A DNA stretch of 63,986 bases, the filler included, from Planctomycetota bacterium (GTDB taxonomy: Bacteria > Planctomycetota > Planctomycetia > JALXBF01): NCBI GenBank assembly GCA_026991575.1. It is 7 parts of 7 records of this genome, joined end to end, with 100 filler letters (N's around TTAATTAATTAA, not from the genome) between each part and the next. Parts side by side here need not be neighbours in the genome. Positions count along the whole stretch, not along the records: positions 50,849 to 55,432 come from JALXBF010000128.1; positions 55,533 to 60,061 come from JALXBF010000132.1; positions 60,162 to 63,986 come from JALXBF010000154.1; 4 more parts are not named here. The stretch is one strand, 5' to 3'. The notes under the pieces were generated by a model. It saw nothing but the letters and a program-made list of their open reading frames with translations. It did no database searches and was not told the origin of the DNA. Below, in pieces: positions 55,153 through 63,986 of this stretch. The position numbers were made by a program, and so were the translations under genes. Every line of letters starts with the position of its first letter. The first letter of the stretch is position 1.

Positions 55153-55432
55153 ATGGCTCATTCCGAGAAACCTTGGTACAGTCAGGGCCTCAGATTCGCC
55201 TGCACGCGTTGCGGCGCCTGCTGCACTGGCGTACCCGGGCATGTGTGGATCAGCGAGCAGGAAGTGCGTGAGCTGGCCCGCTTCCTCGGCGTATCGGTCA
55301 CCGAGGCGAAGCGGCGATTCACGAAGCGGATGGGCGACGACGGCCGCGTGCTTCGCGAGCAGGCCAATGGCGATTGCATCTTCTTTGACCGCAAGACGCG
55401 GGAGTGCACGGTGTATGACGTGCGCCCCGCTC
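55153..55432 (+). CDS. YkgJ-family CxxCxxCC protein (3' truncated)
   Basis: FACTRCGACC, DCIF, CTVYDVRP. Confidence 0.88.
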
Positions 55433-55532
55433 NNNNNNNNNNNNNNNNNNNNNNNNNNNNNNNNNNNNNNNNNNNNTTAATTAATTAANNNNNNNNNNNN
55501 NNNNNNNNNNNNNNNNNNNNNNNNNNNNNNNN
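55433..55532. other. Artificial contig linker
   Basis: N run with TTAATTAATTAA. Confidence 0.98.
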
Positions 55533-56807
55533 GCACATCTGGCGAACCTTGAGGAAGCACGCACCACGCTGAACCTCACGGTCGACACGCTTCGCGACGT
55601 GGCCGACCTGCTGCGCAACGTGCGTGAGACGATCCTGGAAGCAAACCAGGCAACGCTGGACCGATCGCAATACGAGACGTTGGCCGACCGCGTTGACAGC
55701 CTGCTGAACCGTCTGCTGGACCTGGCGAACACCAAGGTCCGGGGCCGCTACCTCTTTGCCGGTACAGCCTTGGACCAGCAACCCTTTGTCGTCACCCAAA
55801 GCGATCTGGCTGGCCGACCGCTGGAGGTGGCTTACCGGGGCAGCAGCGTGGGATTGGAGTTCGTTGTCGGCCTGGGCCGTACGGTCTCGGCCATGCCGCC
55901 GGGAGCAGCAGTCTTCATGGCGCGCGAGAGCGGCCGGTCCGCGTACTTGGGCCAGACGGGGGCTCGGCCCGGACAGGGCACGGACAATGCCACCGGCCGG
56001 ACGGTGCTGCAGGTCCTGCACACGGCTACCTCCTACGCCCCGGGATCCGGGGTAGCTCCTGGTGCAAGCTCTGCAACGGGTGACACGATCCTGGGCCCCG
56101 CAGGGGCGAACGTCCTAACGATCGTGGATACCAGTGGCACGGGCACGTCCGGCACGGTTTCGCTCAACGGTGGCCCGGAGATCTCCTGGACCAACACCGA
56201 CACGGACCTCCGGGTTGAAGGCCCGAACGGTGAAGTCGTGTACGTGGACATGAGTGCGATCACGCCCGGCTTCAGCGGTGATGTGGACATCACCGCCGAC
56301 GGCGCACTGACGATCGACGGGGGCACCACGACCGTGCCGATTACATTCAGTGCCAACCAGACCGTCACCGATGGCAACACCGGAGAGGTTATCTTCGTGG
56401 ACACGACGCAGGTGCGTCGAACAGGCACGGAGTTGATCGACCACCAGGGCCGCTACGACGTGTTCCAGCTGCTGAGCACCCTAGCCCAGGACCTGCGTGC
56501 CGCAGCCGATCGCACGCCGGGCGACAACGGCGTGTTGTTTGCACGCCACCTTGAGGAACTTGATCGCCTGTACAACCGCGTGCTGGAGGTGGTTGGTGAG
56601 CAGAGCTCACTGCTGGAGCTGTTGGACGGGGCTCGCAACCGGGCGGAGGCCACAAAGATCGAATTGGAACGGCTTCGTCAGGAAGCGGTCGCGGCGGACA
56701 TTTCCGAAGTCGTCCTGAACTTGAAAGCCGAGGAGGCATCGCTGCAGCTGACGCTGGGCGCGACCGCTCGTCTGCTGAACATCAGCTTGCTCAACTTCCT
56801 GCAGTAA
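55533..56807 (+). CDS. flgL: Flagellar hook-associated protein 3 (5' truncated)
   Basis: LANTKVRGRYLFAG, PF, C-terminal ISLLNFL. Confidence 0.88.
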   Translation, partial: AHLANLEEARTTLNLTVDTLRDVADLLRNVRETILEANQATLDRSQYETLADRVDSLLNRLLDLANTKVRGRYLFAGTALDQQPFVVTQSDLAGRPLEVAYRGSSVGLEFVVGLGRTVSAMPPGAAVFMARESGRSAYLGQTGARPGQGTDNATGRTVLQVLHTATSYAPGSGVAPGASSATGDTILGPAGANVLTIVDTSGTGTSGTVSLNGGPEISWTNTDTDLRVEGPNGEVVYVDMSAITPGFSGDVDITADGALTIDGGTTTVPITFSANQTVTDGNTGEVIFVDTTQVRRTGTELIDHQGRYDVFQLLSTLAQDLRAAADRTPGDNGVLFARHLEELDRLYNRVLEVVGEQSSLLELLDGARNRAEATKIELERLRQEAVAADISEVVLNLKAEEASLQLTLGATARLLNISLLNFLQ

Positions 56808-57156
56808 GCTGCCGACGCGCGCCGCTCTGGCAGACACTCTGTCGCACACCCGGGCCGTGCTACATCCCTCGCCTCGTCCAGTGAACAAGCGGCCGGTACG
56901 CGGGGGGCACGTCATTTTCGGCCGCGCAGACCGCGGGCGTGTGGTTTGTCTCTCATGTTCCGGGCGCCGATGGCCAGACGGGGCGTCGCCGCACGATGTC
57001 TGGATCGTTCGCCGGCCTGGGGGAGAGCAGAAGACAGCTGGGCGGCGCGGATGGTATTGGACCAACCTTTGACGGGTCCGACGCTGCCTTCGCGCCGCCT
57101 GGCCGCGCACGGCTGGCGCTGCGGCATGGCAAGCTGAGTACGTGGCTTGAACTCGG

Positions 57157-57573
57157 TCAGGCGGACAGTTCCAGCTGTGTGATATCCGTTGCGGGCGGAA
57201 TCTGGCCGTTGCGCTCGAGCTGAATCGCCTCCGGTGCGATCTGTGCCCATGCGTCGCGCAGGGTGCGCAACACGCGTTCGGCGCCTTGTAGCTGCAGGTC
57301 GTTTTCCTGTGTCAGCGCATCGAGCACGAACAGGTAGAGCTTGCGGAGGTTCTTGGTCAGCTCGCTGCCGTCAACCGCGAGACCGGCCATGAGTTCGACG
57401 ACGATTCGTTCCGCGCGCAGCAGCAACCGCTCGGCTTCGAGCCGTTTACCGTCGGCGAGAAGCTGGCGGGCTTGGGCGATGCGATCGATTGCTCCGTCGT
57501 AGAGGGCCAGGAGCATTTCGATCCGAGTCCAGTTGCGTAGCTGGTTCTCCTTGTACTTTCGGTAGGACGGCAT
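57157..57573 (-). CDS. fliS: Flagellar chaperone
   Basis: LLALYDGAI, NLRKLY, LRDAW; downstream of fliD. Confidence 0.88.
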   Translation of the reverse strand: MPSYRKYKENQLRNWTRIEMLLALYDGAIDRIAQARQLLADGKRLEAERLLLRAERIVVELMAGLAVDGSELTKNLRKLYLFVLDALTQENDLQLQGAERVLRTLRDAWAQIAPEAIQLERNGQIPPATDITQLELSA

Positions 57574-57599
57574 CGGCAATCTCCACAGTTGCGTGACGC

Positions 57600-59903
57600 T
57601 TAGCCGAGCGATACGGCTTGCAGCTGGGCTGCTAGCATCGCGGTGAGGTTTTGCAGGTCGGACAAGGTGGTTTCCAGCAGTGCGAACTTGCGCACGAGCG
57701 CGTCACGTTCCAGGTCGCGACGCTCCTCCTGGCGGCGAATGGCATCGTCGATTGCGTCGATCTCGTCCGTGAATCGCTGGTTGAGCCGCTTGAGGCGGCC
57801 GTCTACCGGATCGAGCAGTTCGCCCAGCACCTTGGCTAGCTCGTTCGCAATGCCGCTGGTTACGTGAATGGTCCCGTCGATGCCGGGTTGAACCTGGGAA
57901 GGTGTCAACGTAACCCGGAGCTGCAGGTCGGCAGTGTACTCGTTGTCACCCAGTCCGGTCAGGATCTGGCCGCGGCCGACCGCCGGTTCGGTCTGGCCGT
58001 TGACGATGAACGAGCCGGCCACGTCGCGGCCCCTGTCGGTTTCGCTGCCGCTGAAACCGAGCGACGCAAGGGCGGTACCCCCCAGCACAGTCACCTCCGA
58101 TTCATACCCGTAGCTTGTTGAGGTGATGACCAGTTGGTTGCCGCTGACGGTTACCTCAACGGACGCAGGTGAGATGTTCTCATCGGAGTTGATGAGGTCC
58201 TCCAGGACCAACGCAATCTGTTCCAGCGTGTAGGTGCCATCGGGGATCGTCAGCACGGCGGAGTCCCGTTTGTCAACGCGGATCTGGAACGTGTTGTTCG
58301 TGGCGTTGATGGTGATTGTGCCTGTGACGGCGTTCGTGGCGGTAATGCTGGCCCGTTCAGCTGCCTGGATGATGTCCACCTGATACGGCGTGCTGGACGC
58401 TTTCGTGTAGATGCTACCGGTGACGAAGCGGATGCCCGGGTTACTGGACTCACCGTAGATGGCGAACAACCGCTTCACGTCCTCCGGTGTGACGTTGTCG
58501 AGCTGTCCGAGCAGGGCATCGCGCAGTTTGCCTGCGTCCAGCGATAGCTTGCCGTTGTCCTCCAGACGGAGCCCGACAGCGCTGAGCGTGCGAACGCCGG
58601 TGAGCAGCCCCTGGACCGGCTGAACCACGGCCGTCCGGATGGCTTCTTGAATCTGGACCGCACTGAACTCACCCAATAGCGGGCCTTCCTCACCGGTTTC
58701 CGGATCGTAGTAGAGCTGCTCATCGATGAAGTCCATGGTCTCGTTGAATGCGTCGACAAACGCCTGGACGGCATCCACTGCCGCGTCCACATCCCGCGAG
58801 ACGGTTACCGTAATCGGCTTTGCCGGATCGGCCTTCTGCACGTCGAGCGTCACGCCGGGAATCAACTGGTCGAACGTGTTCGTGCTGCTTTCGGCGACCA
58901 GCGCGCCGGCACCGGAACCGAGGGCGATCCTGGCATTCTGGGCTTGCTGTAGCTCCGTGACGTAGACGTCGATGGTGAAAGTGTCACCGGCTACAAGCGT
59001 ACCGGCCGAGAACTTCACTTGCACCCCCTCGGCAACGTTCAGGAACGTATCCACATCTGAAGGGTTCACGGTGAGGGTGCCGGAGTTCGTGCCGGACCCG
59101 TCGCTGTAGCTGATGACAATCGTGTCGGTCCCGACGGTACCGCCAGTCTGGACCGTGAAGGTATACGTGTCGTTGTCGTTGCCAGTGTAGTTGCCGGCGC
59201 CCCGGTTGGACGTCACGGTGGACGTTCCCGCAAAACCCGGATCGGTTACCGCGTCGCCGATGTACGTGCCGGAGAAGACCGGTTTAATCGCCGTACCGGT
59301 GTCTGCTGCCAGTGCGTTGGTGATCTTGATCTGGTTCGCCGCGCCAGGTTCGTCTGCCGTCAGCAGCAACCGGTATGGAGCGCTGTACTCTGGCGAGCCA
59401 TCATGAATTACCGTGGCGGTGACGCCGATGCCGGCAGAGTTGATCGCGTCGGCCAGCCCCTGGAGTGTGTCATTGGTCGAGTCGATGGTGATCGTGGTGG
59501 CTGCACCATTGCCTACCTGAATCGTCAGCGTACCCTGGGTGATCTTAGCGGTCGGCGAACTGAAGCCCTGGGTTGCTATCTGGTGGGCCTGGGCCAGTTG
59601 CAGGATGGTCAGCGTGTAGGTTCCCGGTGTGGCCGTGCGGCTGGCGGCCGCGGTTAGGGCATCCTCGTCGCTGACGGTTGCCGTCTTTTGGTCGAAGACG
59701 CTCTTGATGGACGAAGCCAGCGGCACGAGCGCCCCTTGAAGCGTCAGCAGGTTGGCCTCGATCGACTTGAACGCTTCCTGCTGGTCCAGTGCTTCCTGCT
59801 TCTGGCGGACGAGTAGGTCGATCTTAACCTGATAGCTCTGCAGCAGGGCGTCGATAATCGTCGTGGTGTCCAGACCGCTGACTAACCCGTCGATAGCGAC
59901 CAT
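57600..59903 (-). CDS. fliD: Flagellar filament cap protein
   Basis: GLVSGLDT, QLAQAH, AQNA, NTFDQLIPGVTL, FVDAFN, C-terminal coiled coil. Confidence 0.93.
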   Translation of the reverse strand: MVAIDGLVSGLDTTTIIDALLQSYQVKIDLLVRQKQEALDQQEAFKSIEANLLTLQGALVPLASSIKSVFDQKTATVSDEDALTAAASRTATPGTYTLTILQLAQAHQIATQGFSSPTAKITQGTLTIQVGNGAATTITIDSTNDTLQGLADAINSAGIGVTATVIHDGSPEYSAPYRLLLTADEPGAANQIKITNALAADTGTAIKPVFSGTYIGDAVTDPGFAGTSTVTSNRGAGNYTGNDNDTYTFTVQTGGTVGTDTIVISYSDGSGTNSGTLTVNPSDVDTFLNVAEGVQVKFSAGTLVAGDTFTIDVYVTELQQAQNARIALGSGAGALVAESSTNTFDQLIPGVTLDVQKADPAKPITVTVSRDVDAAVDAVQAFVDAFNETMDFIDEQLYYDPETGEEGPLLGEFSAVQIQEAIRTAVVQPVQGLLTGVRTLSAVGLRLEDNGKLSLDAGKLRDALLGQLDNVTPEDVKRLFAIYGESSNPGIRFVTGSIYTKASSTPYQVDIIQAAERASITATNAVTGTITINATNNTFQIRVDKRDSAVLTIPDGTYTLEQIALVLEDLINSDENISPASVEVTVSGNQLVITSTSYGYESEVTVLGGTALASLGFSGSETDRGRDVAGSFIVNGQTEPAVGRGQILTGLGDNEYTADLQLRVTLTPSQVQPGIDGTIHVTSGIANELAKVLGELLDPVDGRLKRLNQRFTDEIDAIDDAIRRQEERRDLERDALVRKFALLETTLSDLQNLTAMLAAQLQAVSLG

Positions 59904-59926
59904 GGTGTGCTCCTGGCTGCTGGATC

Positions 59927-59961
59927 AAAAAGCCCGGGGCTGAGCGGGCTCAGCCCCAGGC
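59927..59961 (-). terminator. Intrinsic terminator between flagellin and fliD
   Basis: GCCTGGGGCTGAG-CCCG-CTCAGCCCCGGGC then TTTTT. Confidence 0.75.
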
Positions 59962-60042
59962 GTCGTGTTCTGCTCTTGTCGGTCCGGAGCGACCGCGCTG
60001 GTAGCTTGCGGGTCGCTGCGGTTGTTGGACCGTGCTGGAGCG

Positions 60043-60061
60043 TTATTGAAGAAGCGAGAGG
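60043..60061 (-). CDS. Last codons of a probable flagellin gene
   Basis: LSLLQ-stop, a typical flagellin C-terminus, upstream of fliD-fliS; only five codons visible. Confidence 0.55.
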
Positions 60062-60161
60062 NNNNNNNNNNNNNNNNNNNNNNNNNNNNNNNNNNNNNNN
60101 NNNNNTTAATTAATTAANNNNNNNNNNNNNNNNNNNNNNNNNNNNNNNNNNNNNNNNNNNN
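60062..60161. other. Artificial contig linker
   Basis: N run with TTAATTAATTAA. Confidence 0.98.
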
Positions 60162-60974
60162 CCCCCCATGAACCTTCCGGGGCAAGCACAAGGTCCCCCG
60201 CCCGCCCATCGAAGCAAGCTGGCGGGTCCGTGCGGCAATTCCCCTCGGCGGGGGCCTCGCGTGGGTGTCGTCCCTTTCTCCGTTCCGCAGATGGATTCGC
60301 AACCCCCGCGCGGGTGAGTGCTCAGGGCCACGGGGCCCACCCCCACGACGGTCTTTCGGCATGTCAGCGCCGCACGCTCCCGCAGGGTGAAGCTGCCACC
60401 CCATCCGCATGGCAAACACCGCCCGCGTGCCCGTCCTTCCCCAGCGATGGGAGACTGCTGGCGATCGGTTACGCCGAGCATCGCCCCGCATTGTCACTGT
60501 CGGCCCGCCGAGCGAGACGCCCTCCCTCCGCTCCCCGGGGACGCCGGGACAAGGTCGTGCAACCTCCATCGCCGCCTGCCCGCAAACCATCGTGCACGAG
60601 TCCGGACCGAGTCGCCACCCACGAACCCATCCAGCGACGGCTCCCGGCCCAACCGCTGCAGGAACCGGGACGGGTTCCACCTCCGTGGCGCTGCCTCTTC
60701 CGACTCGATACCCACCAGTTCCCGTAGTGACTCCTTCCGCGGCAACTCCCGCAGGCAGTGCGCAACGCTTTGGTGTCCCAATGTCGCAGTCAGGACCAGG
60801 ATCCGCCACACCACATGCACGGGCAGATCATCCCGGCCACGACCGCGACCTTTCGCCAACGATGCCAGCGACCGCTCGCCGGGAATGACTTCCAGAAGCT
60901 TGCAGCTCGTTCGGATCGTGGAACCGTCTTCCAACGTCCCCCCACGCAAACAGCCGACGCGTCGTCGTTTTCAC
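60162..60974 (-). mobile_element. Decayed transposase pseudogene (DUF772-type, IS5/IS1182-like)
   Basis: AGGAGA RBS, GTG-KTTTRRLFAWG, frameshift, then LEDGSTI...GRGRDDLPV...LRELVGIESE...WNPSRFL..LG, later GWQLH (resembles FGYKLH). Confidence 0.6.
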
Positions 60975-61446
60975 GCCGTTGCGATTCTCCTGATGTCACC
61001 GGCTTTCTCAAGGCGAGGGGGCGCTCCTAAGGTCCCCTGCACAGCAACAGATCCCTGTGCTAACCCATCCTTGGTCGACAATTCGTGCTTTCTCGCCGTG
61101 GATCCGCAAACATGGGCTCAGAACGCCACTGACACAGCCCCTCTGCCGGGAAAGCCTCCTTGGCACCGACGCAATAGACCCGAGCAGCCGAGAACCTGCG
61201 GAGCTCGCAACCGCCTCGCTGCTGTGCGGTGCTGTTCGGTACGCCGAACGGGGCTCTGCCTGCAGCCGCTGACGCCCGCGCCCCACAGTGCACGTGGCCT
61301 GACAACCATCTGCAATCGAGCGAACCACCCCACGGGCAGCCGCGCAGGCGGCCAACCCATACCCAGTGGCAGCGGACACGGTCGCGCCGCTATGCTTGTC
61401 CGCAGAGCAACCACCACCCGCTTCCAGCATCTGCGAGGTATCAGCC

Positions 61447-63986
61447 GTGAATCCTCAGCACGGACCACGGATCTGCCACGCGACCGCGGTGGTTAGCACC
61501 CTCCTTTTTGCGCTCCTGTGCAGCACCACGGTCCGCTCAGCCGACGTGCGTGCAGAACACCCTCGGATCTTCGTCACAGCGGAGCGGCTTGCGGACCTGC
61601 GCGAGCGGGTTAGGCACGATCGCGTGGTGCGCGAGGTCTACGCCGGCATGCTCCGCTTCGCGCACGGGAACTTCATCCATGACAACCTCTGGGTTGCGCC
61701 CGACCAACTGAATGCGGTCCTACTCTGCTACCTCATCGAGGGACGTGAGCAGCGGCTCAAGCAACGCGCGCTGGCGTTCGTCGAGCGGTTCGAGCAGCTC
61801 GAAGGCGACGCCTGGACCAGACCCCGGATGCTCAAAGCTCTCGCGCTGGCGTACGATTGGCTCCACGGCGATCTCGATCGGCACTGGCAGGCGCGCATCG
61901 TGCAGCGGATGCAGAGGCTCGTTGCACGCATGCGCCGCGAGTACCGGCACTCCGACTACAACAATCACGTCTACCTGCAGTACGGTCCGATTCTCTACGC
62001 CGGACTCGCTCTGGCCGGCGACGGCGTCGCGGATCGTTTCGCAGAGGACTGCCTAAAGCTCCCCGAGCGTCTGCTCAAGGATCACTTCATAGTCGCCGTC
62101 AATCAGACCGGCGCCAACGGTACGGGTGGTTGGCCGGAAGGAATGGCATACTGGAGTTTCTTCGCCTACGAGCTGGCGCATCAGCTGGAGGCATGGCATA
62201 CAGCCACAGGCGAAGACCTCTTCCAGCGCTGCCCGGGACTGCGCGGTTCAGCCTACTGGCTCGTCCATGGCACCCGGCCGTTCGATCGGTCCATGGCTCC
62301 GATCGCCGATATTGATGTGCCGAGGCCGTGGGGCAACCAGGAGGCTATGCTCTATCCGCTCCTGGCACGTCGCTACAAGGACGGGCTGGCTGCATGGGTG
62401 CTACAGCAGGTGCGACCATCCAATCCGGCGTTCGCCTGGCCCTGGGTGCTGTGGTACGACCCGACGGTCCGTCCAACCGATCCAGCTACGCTCCCGCCTG
62501 CAGCGCTATTCCCCGGCATTGGTTGGGCCACCATGCGCGGCAACTGGAGCGATACAGCCGCGTGGGCCGTCTTCGTCTGTGGCGACCTCTACTGCGGCCA
62601 TCAGCATGCCGACCAGAACCATTTTGTCATCTACCGCCAGGGGGAGCTGCTTATAGATGCCGGCGGCTACGGGGCCCAGGCAACGGAGTTCCACAACACG
62701 GTGCTAATCGGTACGGGCCAACGGAACTTTCGCAACGACCCGCGTCGCTACGTGGCGGCCACGGAGCCCGGGTCGCCATATGACGCAGGTGAGATCCTCG
62801 CTTTCGAGCAGAACCGCTTCTTCACCTATGTGCTCGGTGACGCATCCAACGCTTACGATGTCCCCGGCGTGCGGTTCCGTAGGCGATTCCTGTTCCTGCG
62901 GCCAGACGTGTTTGTCGTCGACGACTTGATCCGGACTGCCACCAACGCTCAGTGGCTGCTCCACTTCCCCCGCCGGCCGCAGCTCCACGGCCCGTCGCTG
63001 ACGATGGACACCGAGCGTAGTCATGTCGAAGTACTCCGAGTGCTGCCTGAGGGAGGTTCGGGCACAATCGAACCAGAGCGCGGCGGCAGACGCAAGACGA
63101 AGAGCTTTCGCTACAGCTACACAGTTCCCGGGGGCTCTGGGCTTCGTCGTATCATCCACGTCATCCACGCAGGCCTCGGGCCCGCTGGCAAGCACCTTCA
63201 GGTTGCCGCGCGGCAGACAGGCGGCCTAGTCCAGTTGGAAATCCGCAGCCGCCGGCGGCGCTGGCGGCTGGCGCTAGGGACAGAGACCGCGGCACCGGGT
63301 TGGGTGGAGATCGTTACCGACGGAAAGACGACACTGCCGCGGCGGTTGCTACCTGCGGGCGTTCTCCCGCACACCCCCTCAGGAGTAGCAATGATCGAAC
63401 GCTGGGATGAAGCCTACCGACGGCCCGAACCGCCCCCCTGGGATACGGGCAAGCCATCCTCTGAGCTGCAGCGCGTGTTGCGCGAGCATCGCATTCCACC
63501 TGGGAAAGCACTCGTGCTTGGCTGCGGCTCCGGCACGAATGCGATCTATCTGGCTCAGCAAGGCTTCGACGTCACCGCCGTCGACCTGGCGCCGACCGCC
63601 CTGAGGCTTGCCGAGCAAAAGGCCAAGAAGGCGGGCGTATCCGTCCGGTGGGTGCTCGCCGACGTGCTCGATCTCCCCGAGCTCGGCACATTCGACTTCC
63701 TGTTCGATCGCGGCTGTTACCACGGCGTGCGCCGCCAGGGTGCAGAGCGCTACGTGCGCAGCGTCTTGCAGGCGACCCGTCCCGGTAGTCGGATCCTGAT
63801 TCTGGCAGGCAACGCCAACGAACCGCCACCGCATTACGGGCCCCCGCGCGTAAGCGAAGCAGAGATTCGGGAAGATTTCAGCGGTCCGTTCCGATTCGTG
63901 GCACTGCGCGAATTTCGCTTCGATGCGCGTCTGCCCGGTGAGCGCCGTCCGCTGGCGTGGTCGATCCTGCTGGAGCGTACGCCGTC
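61447..63986 (+). CDS. Heparinase II/III-like lyase fused to class I SAM-dependent methyltransferase (runs off window)
   Basis: Manual translation, about 846 codons with no stop; signal peptide, HPRIF, ALAYDW, NNH, WPEGMAYW, HQHADQNHF, HNTV; then PWDTG, LVLGCGSG, FDRGCYH. Confidence 0.87.
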   Translation, partial: MNPQHGPRICHATAVVSTLLFALLCSTTVRSADVRAEHPRIFVTAERLADLRERVRHDRVVREVYAGMLRFAHGNFIHDNLWVAPDQLNAVLLCYLIEGREQRLKQRALAFVERFEQLEGDAWTRPRMLKALALAYDWLHGDLDRHWQARIVQRMQRLVARMRREYRHSDYNNHVYLQYGPILYAGLALAGDGVADRFAEDCLKLPERLLKDHFIVAVNQTGANGTGGWPEGMAYWSFFAYELAHQLEAWHTATGEDLFQRCPGLRGSAYWLVHGTRPFDRSMAPIADIDVPRPWGNQEAMLYPLLARRYKDGLAAWVLQQVRPSNPAFAWPWVLWYDPTVRPTDPATLPPAALFPGIGWATMRGNWSDTAAWAVFVCGDLYCGHQHADQNHFVIYRQGELLIDAGGYGAQATEFHNTVLIGTGQRNFRNDPRRYVAATEPGSPYDAGEILAFEQNRFFTYVLGDASNAYDVPGVRFRRRFLFLRPDVFVVDDLIRTATNAQWLLHFPRRPQLHGPSLTMDTERSHVEVLRVLPEGGSGTIEPERGGRRKTKSFRYSYTVPGGSGLRRIIHVIHAGLGPAGKHLQVAARQTGGLVQLEIRSRRRRWRLALGTETAAPGWVEIVTDGKTTLPRRLLPAGVLPHTPSGVAMIERWDEAYRRPEPPPWDTGKPSSELQRVLREHRIPPGKALVLGCGSGTNAIYLAQQGFDVTAVDLAPTALRLAEQKAKKAGVSVRWVLADVLDLPELGTFDFLFDRGCYHGVRRQGAERYVRSVLQATRPGSRILILAGNANEPPPHYGPPRVSEAEIREDFSGPFRFVALREFRFDARLPGERRPLAWSILLERTP

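Overview
GC-rich bacterial DNA, very probably Planctomycetota (DUF1559 prepilin-like protein, DUF1800/DUF1501 pair, sulfatase, long FliD/FlgL). The window is not contiguous: seven contigs (1-15519, 15620-20368, 20469-35582, 35683-50748, 50849-55432, 55533-60061, 60162-63986) are joined by artificial 100-nt N linkers containing TTAATTAATTAA. It holds about 40 CDSs (RND permease, hydrolases, ilvB, pyrD, Moco and flagellar genes), tRNA-Ser(GGA), a SAM-I riboswitch over a ThrC-like/sulfur-carrier/MoeB/desulfurase operon, an Rhs toxin-immunity locus and two decayed IS remnants. Top finding: three consecutive in-frame ORFs at 39469-41982 read as one DsbD-family protein with two tandem thioredoxin domains. 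Each domain has TGA at the first Cys of CxxC (WTADW-U-xx-C), followed at identical spacing by a near-identical SECIS-like hairpin, so this is a predicted two-selenocysteine DsbD. Also notable: an ORF missing from the supplied track (61447 to window end) fuses a secreted heparinase II/III-like lyase in frame to a SAM-dependent methyltransferase. All family assignments come from motif recognition by eye; no searches were run.
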